Under the pieces are notes generated by a model that searched no databases, was not told the origin of the DNA, and saw nothing but the letters and a program-made list of their open reading frames with translations. A program made the translations under genes and the position numbers. 64,000 nucleotides of DNA, from assembly GCA_023213395.1 (NCBI GenBank), contig CM041465.1, positions 88,853,741 through 88,917,740 of the forward strand, read 5' to 3'. This stretch comes from Cycas panzhihuaensis (taxonomy: Eukaryota > Plantae > Cycadophyta). This document shows, in pieces, positions 38,200 through 53,551 of the stretch (the stretch's first letter is position 1; the number at the start of each line of letters is the position of its first letter).

Positions 38200-38810
38200 C
38201 TTCCTACATTAAAATGATCATAGGACTTGTGTAATACTAACAAAGATGTGGCTAAAACCTATTTTCTAGTTGTAGATTTTGTCCACGTGTTTTCCACTTT
38301 GAAAGGACATTACTCGAATAGATGAGGGAGTCCGAATGGGGTTTGATGAGATGATCAACAAGCATTTTTTATGTGTGAGAAGTAGGTACATAGAAAATAC
38401 ACATTGAGAGGTATTCATGATGGGGAAATTGATTTGATATAGAGGACACACAAGACTAGGGATTATAATAAGGGATTGGTTGGACAATTAAAAATCTTAT
38501 TAGATAAAGATTTTATAGGAGATAGATACAAGATTAGTGCTAGACCCTGTTTGTGGGAAAGGAGTTATGATAGTGGTCCTAAGAAGGTTGTAAAAGACGA
38601 CTTCCTCAGAGATGAAACTAAGTGAGAATTGGGACCTAGACAATGGGATCAAGTGGGACTGAGATATCTCCGACAAAGAATTGGGAATTCAAGGATTTAC
38701 GTATTAAATCAACTATGGGATAATTTTAGACACGAGAAGGACCTTTTAAAGTAATGGAATGAGGAAATTCAAGAGGAACGATAAAACTACCAAAGCAAAT
38801 GGACGTGCAA
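38200..38810 (+). mobile_element. Highly decayed Gypsy integrase C-terminal remnant
   Basis: GPF motif (EGPFKVME...GTIKL) at ~38735-38790; little else recognisable. Confidence 0.4.
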
Positions 38811-39454
38811 AACAAGATTAGGAAATATGCCAAATGCCTTGTTGGATCTACTTGATTGCTTGGACTCTTTCTCAAGTTGCTTAGGTTCTTCATACCACTC
38901 TTTGGATTCTTCTATCTCCATTGGATCCTCTTTCGATTGCTCGTCAACAGGTTCATGTTGCTCTTGCATAATTTATTCATCATTTAAATCATTTTGTTCT
39001 ACTATGTCTTCTTTGATTGCAACTTCCTCATCTTACTCCCAATCCCCTACATCCTCATATTATACGTTCACTTGTGTTGGTTCTCCAATTAAATTTTCTA
39101 GATTGTCTTTTTGATGAAATCCCCTTAGTTTTTCAAGGAATTTTTTAACAAAATTTTCCAAATCCACAAAATCTTCTAAGGCAGTCTGCACGTTGTTAGC
39201 CATCTCAAATGGCTCAATCTGCATTGACTATTAGTCCCCTCAAATGTAACTTCAGATAGCAATTTCTCTTACAAATATTTATCAAAAATGCTCATGTGAT
39301 AGCTCATTTCAAACATCTTTGAACAAGGATTCCAATGGTTTAGACAGAATCGAATTATGACACATGTAGCAAAGCTTATGACAAGAAATATACACCTTAC
39401 TTATCAAATGTCAAAAACTTAAAAAGGGTTTAGGCCCTTAAGACTTAGCCACCT

Positions 39455-42400
39455 TGTAGCAATCTCGCAAAATTTTACTAAGACATTTAATAGATATAGT
39501 GCAAAATAAACAAAACAACCACTAATACACTTGCAAAATATTCAATCAAGAGGATAATAATATAAATCTACTTGAATACTTCTTGTATATAAATATAAAA
39601 CAGTGTGAAACGAACATAAACTAAATAAATACAATGTTACCAAATGATCCTGCAAATACTGCTAATAACGAATCCTTCTTCGAGGCAAGGTTCCCTCCAT
39701 AAAGCTCCCTAGAAGGGCAAAATATATGGCAGTCCAAGGCTTCTCTGATGATGCCCAAATGAGGCCCCAAACCCTCCTTAAGTAGGCAACTAAAAGATAC
39801 TAATAGAAGTCGGCTAAAAAAAGGGTATAAACCTGCCCAAAACCAAGGTTGGAAGTCGGCCAAAACTTTCCCAAAAACTAGCAGGTTGAAAACTTCAAAT
39901 AGCCATATTTTTTGTTATAGATGTCGGAATTGACTTTCGTCTGAACCTTGGAATTCTGGTTCAGAGACCTTCAATTTGAATGGTTAAATGGTATAGTTTT
40001 GACTAGATTCCAAGGTGTTTGGAATGCTACAAGTCCCTCCCCTTCAAAACATGCTTTGCCCTCAAAGCATAGGTAAATCTGGATGTTGTTGATGCCATTC
40101 ATTTGATTCCCACGCCGCTTCCTCTACGTTTAAGTTCTTCCATTTGACTAGATATTAATGGATATTCCTGGATCATAATTTCTTTGTATGAATCTAGAGG
40201 ATGCCTTCTAGATTGATAATGACCTTGCCTTCTTCATCTAGTTCTGGTAACTTTGTTTAAGGAGAAATGTTTGGTCCAAGTTTTTTCTTGAGGCATGAAA
40301 CATGGAAGACAATATCAATTCAACTTTACGACAATGCCAACCTCAGATGCGACCTCTCCTATTTTCTCCAAGATCTGGTATGGAACAAAAAATTTGGGTT
40401 GTAATTATTGCTTCCCTATGCACCTTATAATAGATTGCTTATAAGGTTGGGGCCTCAAGAATACCCAATCTCCTTCAAAAAAGGATCTTTTTGACCTATG
40501 TAAGTCAGTTTGTTGTTTCATCCAATTTCTGGCTATGTTTAAATTATCCCTTAATATCTCAAGTGTCTTGTTCATCCGTTCGTTGTTCTTGAATTGATTG
40601 GACTCTTGAGATCTTTGCACATGTGAGTATTGATGGAGGTTTGAACCCATATAGTGCCTTGAACAAACTCATTCTTGCCGATGTGTGATGTGGTATTATA
40701 CCATCATTCTGCTAGGAGCCATTTGTGCCAAAGTTGTTGTTTGTCCGATGTGAAGTTTCGTAAATAACCTTCTAAGCATTTATGCACTACCTCTGTTTGG
40801 CCATCTATCTAGGGATGATATGATATACTCATCGATAATTTCGTGCCTCTGATTTGAATAAGTCTTGCCAAACATGGCTAGTGAATTTTGGGTCCCGATC
40901 ATTGATTATGATTTAGGGAACCCATGATCAATGCATTTCTTTCATGAAGACTTTTGCAATTTGGCTAGCCTTTGTTGTCGATTGAATCTCCCTAAATAAG
41001 CATATTTTGTTAATATGTCAAGAATGACAAAAATAGCATCCTTACCTTCTCACTTGGGTAGTCCCATAATGAAGTCCATTAAGATTTCCTCCCATTTCTA
41101 TTGTGGTACATGCAATGGTTGCGTAACTCGGGATTTTCACACTTTTGACCTTGTTCCTTTGGCAAGTATCACATTCGATCACAAACTTGTAGGCAACCGC
41201 TTGCATTTCTTTCCAGAAAAATGTGTCCCGTAATCTACAATAGGTCTTGTCAATCCCAATATGACCTGAAGTGGGAATGGAATGTGCTTCCTCGAGTATT
41301 TTTTTACTTTAGTGTTGATGCTATTGGTACAAAGATTTTCCCTTTTCATAAGATGAGGTCTCCCTATAGTTCATATTTCGTTTGTTGTCCTTTTTTAATT
41401 TGCTTGAGTGCTTCTAAAGCTGTCGAGTCTTTTTGATATTCTTGAGTGAGTTCCCCTATCTAGTCAGGGGTTGCTATAGAAATGGCTTGAGGGCAAATTC
41501 TTCCTTCTTTTCATCTGATATTCAAGATAGAGCATCTACAATCATATTTTCTTTTCCCTTTTTGTATAAAATGGTAAAATCAAAGCTTTGGAGTTTCCTC
41601 ACCCATTTCTATCATTCATCTGATGAAGTCTTTTGATTAAGGAAATACTTTAGACTGTCATGGTCTGCTTTTGACCATGAAAGTGTTTCCCAACAAATAC
41701 CATCGCCATTAATAAATGGCATGCATGATTGCAAGCATTTCCTTATCATAAACTGCTTAAGTCATTCCCGCTTATTTAGCTTGCGCCTTTCATATGCTAA
41801 ATGTCGTTCATTTTGGAGGAGGACTACTCCTACCCCTGTTTCTGATGTGTCACATTCTAATATGAATGGTTGAGAGAAGTTTGGCATTGCAAGGACTAAG
41901 GTTGTGGTCATTATCGCCTTTAGCCTTTGGAAAGCATCCTCTACTAATGGATTCCACAAAAAAAACATCCTTTTTTGTTAGCTCAGTTAGAGGAGAAGTA
42001 ATATGTGCAGATCCTTTGATGAATCTACGGAGAAACCCTGTTGCTCCTAAAAAGGCTCTTACTCCCATTACATCTTTTGGTGTTAGGCAATCCATGATAG
42101 CCTAGACCTTTTTGGGGTCCATCTTGATGCCCTCTTGTGTTATGATATGGCCTAGGTACTCCAACTCGATCTTTCCAAAAGAGCATTTGTTCTTATTCAC
42201 AAAGAACTGATTGTCTTCCAAAATTTGTAATACAGCCTTGATATGGTGGAGATGTTCCTTCCATATGGAGTTGTAAATAAGGATGTCATCAAAGAAGACA
42301 AGTACAATTTTTTGTAAGAATGGCTTATGATTGAGTTCACGATACTCTGGAAAGTAGCTTGGGCATTTGTTAACCCAAACAGCATAGCTCGAAATTCAAA

Positions 42401-45400
42401 AAGACCTTCATGGGTATGAAAGGCGGTTTTGTACACATCGTCCTCTTTAATACGAATTTGAAAGAAACCTGAACAGAGGTCAATTATCAAGAAGTATTTT
42501 GTACCATGCATTTCATCTAATAAGTCATCAATATGTGGACTTGGGTAACGATTTTTACCATTATCTTATTTAGCCCTTAAACTATCTTTTTCCTATTTAA
42601 TATGACCAAGGATGCAAAGGGCTCATGCTTGCTAAGATATAACCCTATTGTAAAAGTACTTTGGTGATTTGCTCGATCACCCTTTGAGGTGGTAGGGGTG
42701 GCAATATGGCCGAACATTTACTAGAGATGAGCCCGGGATCAATTCAATAGGGTGTTGATAGCCTCTGTCTGTGTGCTAGTCCTTGAGGTGGGTCCTCAAA
42801 ATCCAACCGTATTCATCTATAATAGATTGGACTTCTGCTAGCACATCTTCTATCTACACCTCGTAGCATGTCATGACATAGGCAAGTGAATTCTTCTTTG
42901 GTATTTTCTCCATGCGATGGGATGACACCAATTGTTTTAGGGGTATAGGGGTTGCCCGTAATGTGTATCTACGGCCCTTTGTGCAAAGCTCATGAACCGT
43001 GTTCTATAATTAGTAATGATATTTCCCAAGGTCTGCAACCATTGAATTCCTAGAATGACATCGACTCTTCCTATTGGCATAGCGAACATGCATGTTGTTG
43101 TGGAGTATTCCCCAATTTGGAGGTTCACCTTAGGGCAATATCCTCCACAAGTCATAGTCTTCCCATCCGCTATGGATACCTAAATAACATTAAGTGCTTG
43201 GATTTGTAAACCCAATTTTTCTACTATAGTTTTATTGATAAAATTATGCATACTCCTGCTATCCACCGTAATTGCCACTGTGATCCTTTGATGATTCCCT
43301 AAAATCGTAGTGTTTGTGGGGTCGTAACATCTCTTGTAATCGCTTGCAAGGAAATTTGGACATTTTTGGTGCCTATGTTAAGGAGTTTTTGAATTTTGGC
43401 CTCATTCGGCTCTTCTAGTGATGGTCCTTCATCGCCTTCCGCTTATGGCATGTCGCCCTCTCCGTTATTGATCATGAATACTTTTTTTGAAGGGCATTGA
43501 TGGTCCTTATTCCATTTTGCTCCACATTTATAGTAGGCCCCTTGTTTTTGGTGTTCCTGTCTTGGTAGCTTGCTTGGGTCAATATTTCCCCTGTCCACTA
43601 GTGGGGCATCCACTTTTGTACCCAATTTATTCCAATTTGGTTGAAAATTGGAGTTTTGTTAGGTGGCAGATTCATTTCTTCAGAAGTAGCTTGTTTGACC
43701 TTCCTTGAATTTTGCTTCTACGTTCCTTGCTTATCATATTACTTCATTCAATGTAATAGCTATTAATGTTTTCAAGCGGTATTTAATATTTGCCCTAAGT
43801 CCCATAATATATGTTTGGATAAGGTGGCTTTAGCATTTTATGGTCAACCAAGCTTTGTAGTCTAGAATTGTTCGGCGAACAATTTCCTCTCACACTACCG
43901 GTTCCCAAATTGTCAATGAAAAGTCCATTGAAACGTCACAAATGGTAGCAAAAGTACAAAAGATAGTAAATACAGAGTCAAAATGGACAAGGAATGCAAT
44001 GCAAGGCTAGCCAAGATCACTTGAATATGCTCGATTCACCCTATATCGTGCTTGAGATGGCCAACCCTCTTCGAGACGAGGTTACCTCCAAAACTACAGC
44101 CCAATGGCTGAGCTAACTGCAGCCCTAAAAGTTGAGTTTATGCTAAGAGAACAAAACCACTTGATGATTTGGAATAGGGACTCCAACCCCTATATATAGA
44201 AACATTTAATCTTCTAAAGGAAGTCGGCTTAGAAAGGAGATAGTTCATTAAGATTGAACCTAGCATGAAGTCAACCAGAAGATAGGCTATGATTGGTCAA
44301 AGTAGGAGAGAAATTGGGAATGTAACAAGTCCCTCCCCTCTAAAATATGCTTTGACCTCAAAGCATGGGTAGATTTGGATGTTGTTGCATCCATTCTTCT
44401 GATTCCCATGTAGCATCGTCTAAATCTAAAGTCTTTCACTTAATGGGGTATTCTTTGACCTTCATGGATCGTAATTCTTTTCTTCTTATTTGTAAAATCC
44501 CTTCTGATTCAATGATAATCTTTCCTTCTTCATCTAACTCAAGGATTATTATTTGAGGGGTTACCTTTTCCCCTACCTTCTTTTTAAGGCAAGATATGTG
44601 AAAAACATTGTGGATCTTGCTTCCTGGTGGTAATGCTAGTTGGTAAGCTACTTCCCCCATTTTCCCAAAGAATTTGATAAGGTCTGAAGAATCGTAGTTC
44701 TAATTTTTGTCTATTTGTTTGTTTCATTGATGATTGCTTGTAAGGTTGGAGTCTTAAAAAGACCTAGTCTCCAACTATGAAACTCCTTTCAGATCTTTTG
44801 GTATCAGCGTGCTATTTCATTTTGTTCTGCTTTGTATTTAAATTGTCTTTCAAAATCCTCATTGTTTGCTCCATCTATTCTTATTATTCGCGTATTGCTT
44901 GTACCTATAATACTTTCATCCATAAGAGTATAGATGGTGGCTCATACCCATATAATGCCTGGAAGGGTGTCACTTTTGTTGCTGTGTGGTAAGTGGTATT
45001 GTACCACCATTCAGCCAAATGGAGCCATCGATGCCATTGAGTTTGCTTATCAGAAGAAAAGTTCCTCAAATATCCTTCTAGGCATTTGTTGACTGCCTCT
45101 GTTTGTCCATCTGATTGCAGGTGGTAGGCTGTACTCATTTAATTTTGTTCCCGCTAATTTGAACAGATCCTGCCAAAAATGGCTTGTGAACTTTGGATCC
45201 CGATCATTAACTATAATTTTGGGAAATCAATGCAAATGATGTATCTTCTTCATGTATATCTTTGCTATTTGACTTGCTTTTGCCGTTGATTGTGTGCCCC
45301 TGAAATTCGCATATTTGGTTAACCTGTCTACAACTACAAATATGGCATCTTCCCCTTCAGACTGTGGGAGTCTCGTGATAAAGTCCATTGAGATTTCTTC

Positions 45401-48400
45401 CCACTTTTGATGTGGAATAGGTAATGGTTGTAGCAATCCTGGACTTTTTACACATTCACTCTTGTTTCATTGGCACGAATAGCATTCAGATACATAGTTG
45501 AGGACGTTTACTTTTATTCCCTTCCAATAAAAAGAATTTTGGATGTTTCAGTATGTTTTATCTATTCTTGTATGTCCTGTTGTTAGCACTGAGTAAGCTT
45601 CCTCTAATATGACCTTTACTTTAGAAACCGTAATAAATATCTTCCCCTTCCTCAAAATTAATTCTCCTTGTAATTTGAACTTGGAAGGCTTCTGGTCCTT
45701 AATTCCTTCTAATATCTTCTGTGAAAGTGGATCGCTCTTATATTCCTTGATTAATTCTCGAGTCCAGTTGGGTGTAGCTATTGATAGTGCTTTCAACAAA
45801 ACTTCTTCATTATTGTCCCCAGGTAGTCTTGAGAGAGCATCTACAATGACATTTTCTTTACCCTTCTTATATACTATACTGAAATCAAATGTTTGAAGCT
45901 TGTTAACCCATTACTGTTGTTCATTTGATAGTGTTTTCTAGTTTAAGAAATATTTGAGACCGTCATGATCTATCTAAACTATAAACTTATTCTCTAATAA
46001 GTATTGTTGCCATTGGTGTATGGCATGCATGATTGCCAACATTTCTTTGTCATAAATAGGTTTGAGTTTCTCCCTATTATTTAATTTCCTACTTTCATAA
46101 GCAATAGGTCATTCATTTTGAATTAGTACCGCCAATATCCTAAATCCTAAAGCGTCACATTCCAAAATGAACGGTTGTGAAAAATCTGGTGTTGCTAAAA
46201 CTAGAGTTGTGACCATTGATTTCTTGAGTTCTTCGAAAGCACTTTCTGCTTGTGGATTCCATACAAAAGCGTCCTTTTTTGTAAGGTCCGTTAATGGGGA
46301 TGCAATGTGAGCATATGCCTTTATAAATTTCTAAAGAAATCCTACTGCTCCCAAAAAACTCCTTATTCCTATCACATTTTTCAGTACTGGCCAATTAATA
46401 ATGACTTGAATCTTTTTCAGATCTATTTTTATCCCTTCCTTTGTGATAACATGGCCTAAATATTCTAGCTCTTCTTTTCTGAACATGCATTTCTTTTAAT
46501 TTGCATAGAATTGATTGGACTGCAAGATTTGTGGTATTACTTTGATATGGTCTAGATGCCCTTCCCATGTTTTCCTATAGATCAAAATGTCATCGAAGCA
46601 GACTAGCACAAATTTCTACAAAAGTGGTTTGAGAATTGAATTCATAGTACTCTAAAAAGTTGGTAGGGCATTCACAATCCAAATAGCATGACTTTAAACT
46701 CAAATAGCCCTTCATACGCATTTAAAAGTTGTTTTGTATATATCTTCCTCTCTAATACGAATCTAATAATACCCTGATTGTAAGTCGATTTTTGAGAAAT
46801 ATCGTGCTCTGTGTATTTCGTCTAATAAATCATCTATCCGTGGGACAGGATAACAATTCTTTACCATTAATTTGTTCAACCCTCGATAGTCTACACACAT
46901 CCTATATAATCCAACTTTTTTTGGGGTTGACCACAACCGGTGATGCAAATTGGCTTGAACTAGTTGCGATGTATCCTTGACTTAATAATTCCCTTGTGAT
47001 ATTTTCAATTCCTCTTTTTAGATGATAGGGATGCCTATATGGTCGGATATTTACTGGAGTTGCTCCGGGTACTAGCTCAATGGAATGTTGATAATCCTGT
47101 TGTTGGGGGAGTCCCTAGGGTTCTTCAAATACTACTCTATGCTCATCTATGATCTTTGTACCTCTATTGGTGCATCTTCTATCGCTATCTTATAACAAGT
47201 CAATATGTATGCCGATGGATTCTTCTTCAGTATTTTTTCCATGCAATGCAAAGATACTAGTTGTACTGGAGGTGTGGGTGGTGCTTGTAATCTATATTTG
47301 CACCCTTTCTGATAGAAACAATGAATCGGGTCACATAGTTGGTAACTATATTACCCAAGGCCCAGAACGACGAATTCCCAAGTCTGTGTCTACTCCTCCT
47401 ATAAGCATTCCAAACATACATGTATTTACTGAATAGTCTCCAATTTGGAGATTCACCTTATGACAGTAGCCTTCACAGGGAGTGGTCTTCCCATTTGCCA
47501 TGGATACTTCAAAAGTATTCAAGGATTGTATTTTTAGTCCTAACTTCTTTGTTGTGGCCCTGTTGATAAAGTTGTGTGTGCTGCCGCTATCCACAAGTAT
47601 GGCAACTGGAGCTCCTTTGATCATCCCTTGGAACCTAAGGGTTTGGGGTGTAACACTTTGTCCCGTTATGGCTTGTAGTGAGATTTGGACATTCTCAGTA
47701 TTGACTTCTAAAATTCATCTACGTCTACTTCCTCTTCTTGGGTTTGATTTACTTCTTCCTGCTCTTCGTCTACTATTTCTACTTCATCGTTATTGATCAC
47801 GAATACCTTCTTTGTGGGATAATTGATGTTCTTTATTCCACTTTCCTCCACATTTAAAACAAGTCCCCTTTTTGAGATGTTCAACTTTGCTTGTTTTGTC
47901 CGTGTCTTTTATTGCTACTAGTGGGTTTACTTTTGGGCCTAATCTAGTCCAATTTGGATTGGATTCTCGCAGTATGATTCAATTTCGCGAGTAGATAAAC
48001 CTATGCTCTCTCGAGTTTTGCTTCTATGTTCTTCGCGTACTGGATTGCCTCATGAATATTTGAGGGGTTCATATTCTTAGTGCAAAATATGATTGTTCCC
48101 TTTAATTCACTAATGTATGTCTCCAGAATGTATTCTGCTGGTATTCATTCTAGTATTAGACATTGAAGCATCCGGAATTGCTCAAGGTATTCTTGAACTG
48201 CTCCGCTTTTGTTGTAATCTTGTTAACTGAGCAAAATAGTCAGTGTTCCATGAATCTTCGTACTGTTTTATTAATCCTGCTTTTAGATAGTCCCATGATT
48301 CTAGATGACCCAAATTGTTCTTTCGCCACCAATAAAACCACTCTAATGCCTTTCCATATAAATGTAGAGATGTTGTCAATATCTTTCCCTTATCTCGATA

Positions 48401-50623
48401 GTTCATATACTTGAAGTATGTTTCCATTTGCAGAACTAACTCCGAATGTTCCTTGATCTTTTGGATCAAATTTTTCCAATGTAAATTTGGTTCCCTAAGA
48501 ACTCGATCCGATTGGGAACTCCTTTGATTCCGCTGCTTGTAGGTAAAAGCCCTAAATCATCTTAAGTTCTTATGTTGTTCATTCTCGGTTATCTTGATCT
48601 AGGATTCTTCATTGAATTCTTCTATGTCTTGATGTTTCTTCACCGATGACTCTCCTTCTTGTAGATCCAAATCTTATTTAAAGTTGTAAATGAAACCTAA
48701 ATGCTTTTCATTGAAGTGATAAGTTCGACGATAAGTAGGATAATACTTCTATCCCGCTTCCTTCGCTCGTCATATTGCCGTATGCGCTCACCATCTTGTT
48801 TGAGATGAGGCTTTTCCCTAACCTTAGTTCCATCCCTACGGGGGAGGGAGGGAATTTGGTCAAAATTTTTCCAAATTATCTTTAGATTCTCGTTTTGAAA
48901 CAAAGCTCTGATACCACTTGAAGTGAATAATTTCCTCTGTCACTCATTGATTTCCAAATCACAATGAAAAGTCCATTGAAAGGTTACAAATGGTAGCAAA
49001 AATACAAAAAATAGTAAATACACCAGTCAAAATGGACAAGGAATGCAATCTGCAAGGCTAGCTAACATCGCTTCTAATACGCCGATTCACCTAATATCTT
49101 GCTTGAGATGGCCAACCCTCTTCGAGGCGAGGTTACATGGGCGAGCTAACTGCAACCCTAAAAGCCGAGTTTATGCTAAGAGAACAAAACCACCTGATGA
49201 TTTGGAAAGGGGACTCCAACCCCTATATATAGAGACATTTAATCTTCTAAAGGAAGTTGGCCAGAAATGAGTCACCAATCGAGACTAAACCTAGCATGAA
49301 GTCGGCCAAAAGACGGCCATGACTAGTCAAAGTAGGTGAGAAATTGGGAATGTAACATGTTCTTTGTAGGCTTGAACTAACCCCACCCTTGTGTTTAAGC
49401 GCATGAGCTAGGCAAAGTAAATCATATTCCCTATGTCCTCATATTATTCTATTAGGCTTTTTCTTAAGAAGATCATATTTTCATTGTTTGTGCCCCCATA
49501 AAATCAAGCTTTCCACCAACGAAAATGTTTCAATGCTTTGTCGTACAAATGGAGTGATGCCACCAAAACTTGTTCTTTATCGGATATAGTGCTTGTCTGG
49601 AAATATATTTTCATTTGGATAATCCAACTGTAGGTGTCCCTAGATTTATCTAGGTCAAATTTTTCAAAAACAATTGTGCCCTTAAGTCCTTTTCCTAGTT
49701 TGAAGTTGATTTACTCAAATTCCCAATCATCCTTTTTTTGCTCCTAGAATTTTATTTCCCTCAAAGGTTCCCCTCCCTCTATCTGTCTGTCTAATTTTCT
49801 GTTTATTGCATTAATCATATTGGTGATTCCCTTTAATTCTCTATGTATGGCAAATACATGACCATCTATCTTGTCAATACTTGCATTCACGTCTCCTATT
49901 GTAGCTAAGGGATTATTCACCATCTTGTTTTTTTGAAGGGTCTTTCCTGATCTCAACTCCATTTAGGGGAAAAAATTAAGGATTTCCTAGCATAAGTAAG
50001 CAAAAAAATCTAGCCTCAAGATGGCTTCCAACAAAGCTCTGATACCACTTGTAACAATCTCACAGAACTTTATTAAGAAATTTAATAAATATGGTGCAAA
50101 ATAGACAAAATATCCACCAATACACTTGCAAAATATTCAATCAAAAGGATAATAATATAAATCTACTTCACTACTTCTTACATATAAATATAAAATGGTA
50201 TGAAATGAACGTAAACTGAATAAATACAATGTTACCAAATGATCCTACAACATCGGCCGATAATCTAATCCTCTTCAAGGCGAGGTTCCCTCCATAATGC
50301 TCCCCAAAAGGGCCAAAAATATGGCAGTCCAAGACTTTTCTGATGATGCCCAAATGAGACCCCAAACCCTCCTTAAATATATTTCCAAAAGATACTAATA
50401 GAAGTTGGCCGTAAAAGGGGTACAAACCCCTAAAACCAAAACTAGAAGTCGGCTTAACTTCCCCTAAAACTAGCAAGCTAAAACCTTCAAATGGCCATAA
50501 CTTTTGTTATAGACGTCAGAATTGACTTTTGTCTGAACCGTTGGAATCCTGGTTTAGAGACCTTTAATTTGAATGGAGACATGGTATAGTTTTGACCAGA
50601 CTCCAAGGTGTTTGAATGCTACA
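39455..50623 (-). mobile_element. Ty3/Gypsy chromovirus, degenerate, with a related element nested in gag
   Basis: LTRs 39455-40031 and 50050-50623; PBS gctctgatacca 50036-50047; PPT agtccctccccttc 40032-40045; TSD cacct/aacct. gag start MELRSGK (ORF 49744-49962), PR ~42900-43300, RT 42197-42511, RH (FILECDTSETGVG), INT, chromodomain VKWKNLNVEEAAWE at ~40105-40150. Confidence 0.95.
43874..49357 (-). mobile_element. Ty3/Gypsy chromovirus (5.5 kb), degenerate, nested in gag of the 39455-50623 element
   Basis: LTRs 43874-44327 and 48919-49357; PBS 48905-48916; PPT 44328-44340; perfect TSD tgttc (43869-43873, 49358-49362). gag 48182-48469, [38 protein letters not shown] / [13 protein letters not shown], chromodomain LDDATWE. 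Confidence 0.96.
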
Positions 50624-53551
50624 AACCTCATCATATGCAATCTCCCATATGATCACTAACTAGCAAGAAAGAGGCTAGCAAACCTTCAATTATATATCCA
50701 ATCCAATTAAATTTTGCAAGTTATGGCAAAAAATATATATCAAAGTCTTTTTTTTTTTTTCTGAATCATATGCAGTCAACAACGAGTTTCTCCAACATTG
50801 AAGGGCAATTGTAGAGGTTATCCATTACGAACCTAAGTTCATAGAACAATCTCCAAATCCAAGAGAGCACATAAGCAAATGTATGTTGAAGAATTTAATA
50901 GTCAAAAGACCATTACATTTAATTGATAGAAATGAATTATGTTGAATGTTTACAATGATTACATATTTATATGTATGACATAATGTGTTTGCAACCATTC
51001 GAGAGCACCTTTTGATAATAATTGGATTACTTAATTAGATTCATAATAAGACCCCTTCTTGAAATATTTCGCCCTCGAAACATAGTTGAAAAAAATGATT
51101 AGTCGTTGTTCTTTAGAAGAATGTCACAATATTTTGTTGTTTGATATTGTATCAAAATTTTATCCCAATAGTAGTGTGTCTCCCTATATGGTTGAATAAT
51201 CATTGAGTTTATGTCAATTATGAGATTAATCGAATGTTCCAAGCTTTTATCAAAAGACAATTCTACTAGAAGATCTTGAAGAATTTCCTTGTGTTTTTGG
51301 GAGGTCCGGTGCACTTCATCATTTTCAACTATCGCCTCATCTCTCTCGAAATGTGAAAAGTTGAGCCACTACACCTTGACGATGCCCCCTAGTTACCTTT
51401 TCCATACGCTTACATGACATTACTTAAGCATTTCTTGGTGTTTTTCTTGAAAGTGTGATAATCTTGCCTTCCTTCTTAAATTTCATGAATAACTTGTCTA
51501 AATTCATTTTGAATGTTCCAAGTGTTCTAAGCCATTGACTGCCTAAAACAACATCTACACCTCCCACATTAAGGATGTAAAAATTTTTTGTAATGATAAC
51601 ATCACCCACCATGAGATTAAGATTTTTTATCACACCTTGCCTCGATATAACCTATTTTCCTCCAACGCCTACTTGAAAACGAGGAGTTCTTAATGGAAAT
51701 AATCTTAGTTGTTGAACACAATTTCTATCAATGAAATTATAACTGCAGCCTGAATCCACCAAGATTGTGACAACTTGTTTTTCGATAAATCCTTATAGTT
51801 TTAGTGTATTTGATTGAGTAAAACTACTCATAGCTGAAAATGGCATTTTTGGGGCGTCTTCCTCAAGATAATAGTAATTTTCCTAAGATTCATAATTGTG
51901 AAAATTTTCCTGGTTATTTTCTAAGCCTTGCTCCTTCTCATATCCTTCATTCTCTTCTATAGGCAATAATCTTATTGTATATAGTTGGTTCTTTCGACAT
52001 CTATGCACAGGTACACACTTTTCTTCACATATAAAGCATACATCATTTTTTCTTATCTTTTCCTATTATGTTCTTGTCTTTCAAAGGATTGGTTTAGTGG
52101 GTCGGTTAAAATTGGCCAGTAAGGGATTAGACCAGGCAATTGGTAATGGAGTAGGCTGGCCAAACAAGGGAATATAAAGGTTTTGTCTCTATCTTGCGTA
52201 ATGCATTTATCTTATCTTTATGTATTTTCGCCAATTATATTGCTTTATTAAGATCAGTAGGTTCCTAGGTCTTTACATCTGCTTGAATTTCCACCATTAG
52301 ACCATCAATGAATTGCTCAATGAGTCTTTTAGTCAGAATACCTTCTACTACATAACTCAATTCAATGAATGTTATGTTGTATTCTTCTACAATTCCTCTT
52401 TGCCTTAATTTTCGTAATTCACAATAGTAATCATGATTGGTTACAACTTTGAATCATTCAATGAATAAACGGACGAACTCCTTTCATGTCAACAATTGAC
52501 TTTGGAATATGGTATGCTCTAAGATCTACCACCATTTACATGCAATTCCATGCATGTATAATGTTGTTAAAGCAACTTGCTCAATTGGCTCAATTTCTAC
52601 CAAGTGCTAATAATTTTCTATTTGTTGAATCCATACTCTTGATTCGTGTGTCTTCTGCTTAATACTGAAGTGTTAAATCACAACTTTTTCTAGCTTTTTT
52701 TTTTCTATGATTGTATGGTCTGCAAATAGTTAAAATATGTTTAGAGTCCAACTACGTTTTGTTCTTCAGCTGTTAGGTTTTAGTAGTCGTTAAGATATTT
52801 TCTAATAGGCTCATTGGCGAAATTTAATTGTGTTTTTCTAAGTCCAAAATTATCTCCTATAAGTTGGGTTCTAACATATGACTAATGACTAATCCCTTTG
52901 TCTTCCAAATCTAGCACAATTAATTCATCTTCTTTGCCTGCTAACATGATTGTTAATTTTCCCAAGATCTGATGTAAAGTGTAGTTTAAGAGTGTATTTG
53001 ATGTTTGTACTACTGTGAACTACTTAAGTAATAGGTTCAATAATGTCTTTTTGGACTAAATTTCCAGCCATTTCTTTAGTGTTCATTATGTTTATAATGG
53101 TATATGTAAGATTCTATAGCTTGCCTTCCATAACTACAAGTTAATATATTCAATTTGTAACCTTCTTAATTGAGTTGTCCAAGAGGCAATATCTATTATT
53201 AGGTCACTTCCCAACATATTGGTGAATATGTAACTCATTTGATTGCTACTCAACACAAAGGAGTATTGTGGGCTGATAACCACAACCCAAAGCAACGTAA
53301 ATCAAATAAAAATGTTGATTTGCCAATTAAAGTATTACCCTTAGTATTGCACCTAAGGCCGTCCAATTTAGACTCGTAGCCGTAGCTTGATATATATGTT
53401 TGTTTCATAGTTTATTGTAGCGATATAAATACTAATGCCTAACTTATTTCCATGGCAACCGGATAAGCAAAGTACATAATATATAACTATATATTAAGGT
53501 GACTTTTATAACACTTATATAATATATGAACTATAGTTAGGCGACGAGACG

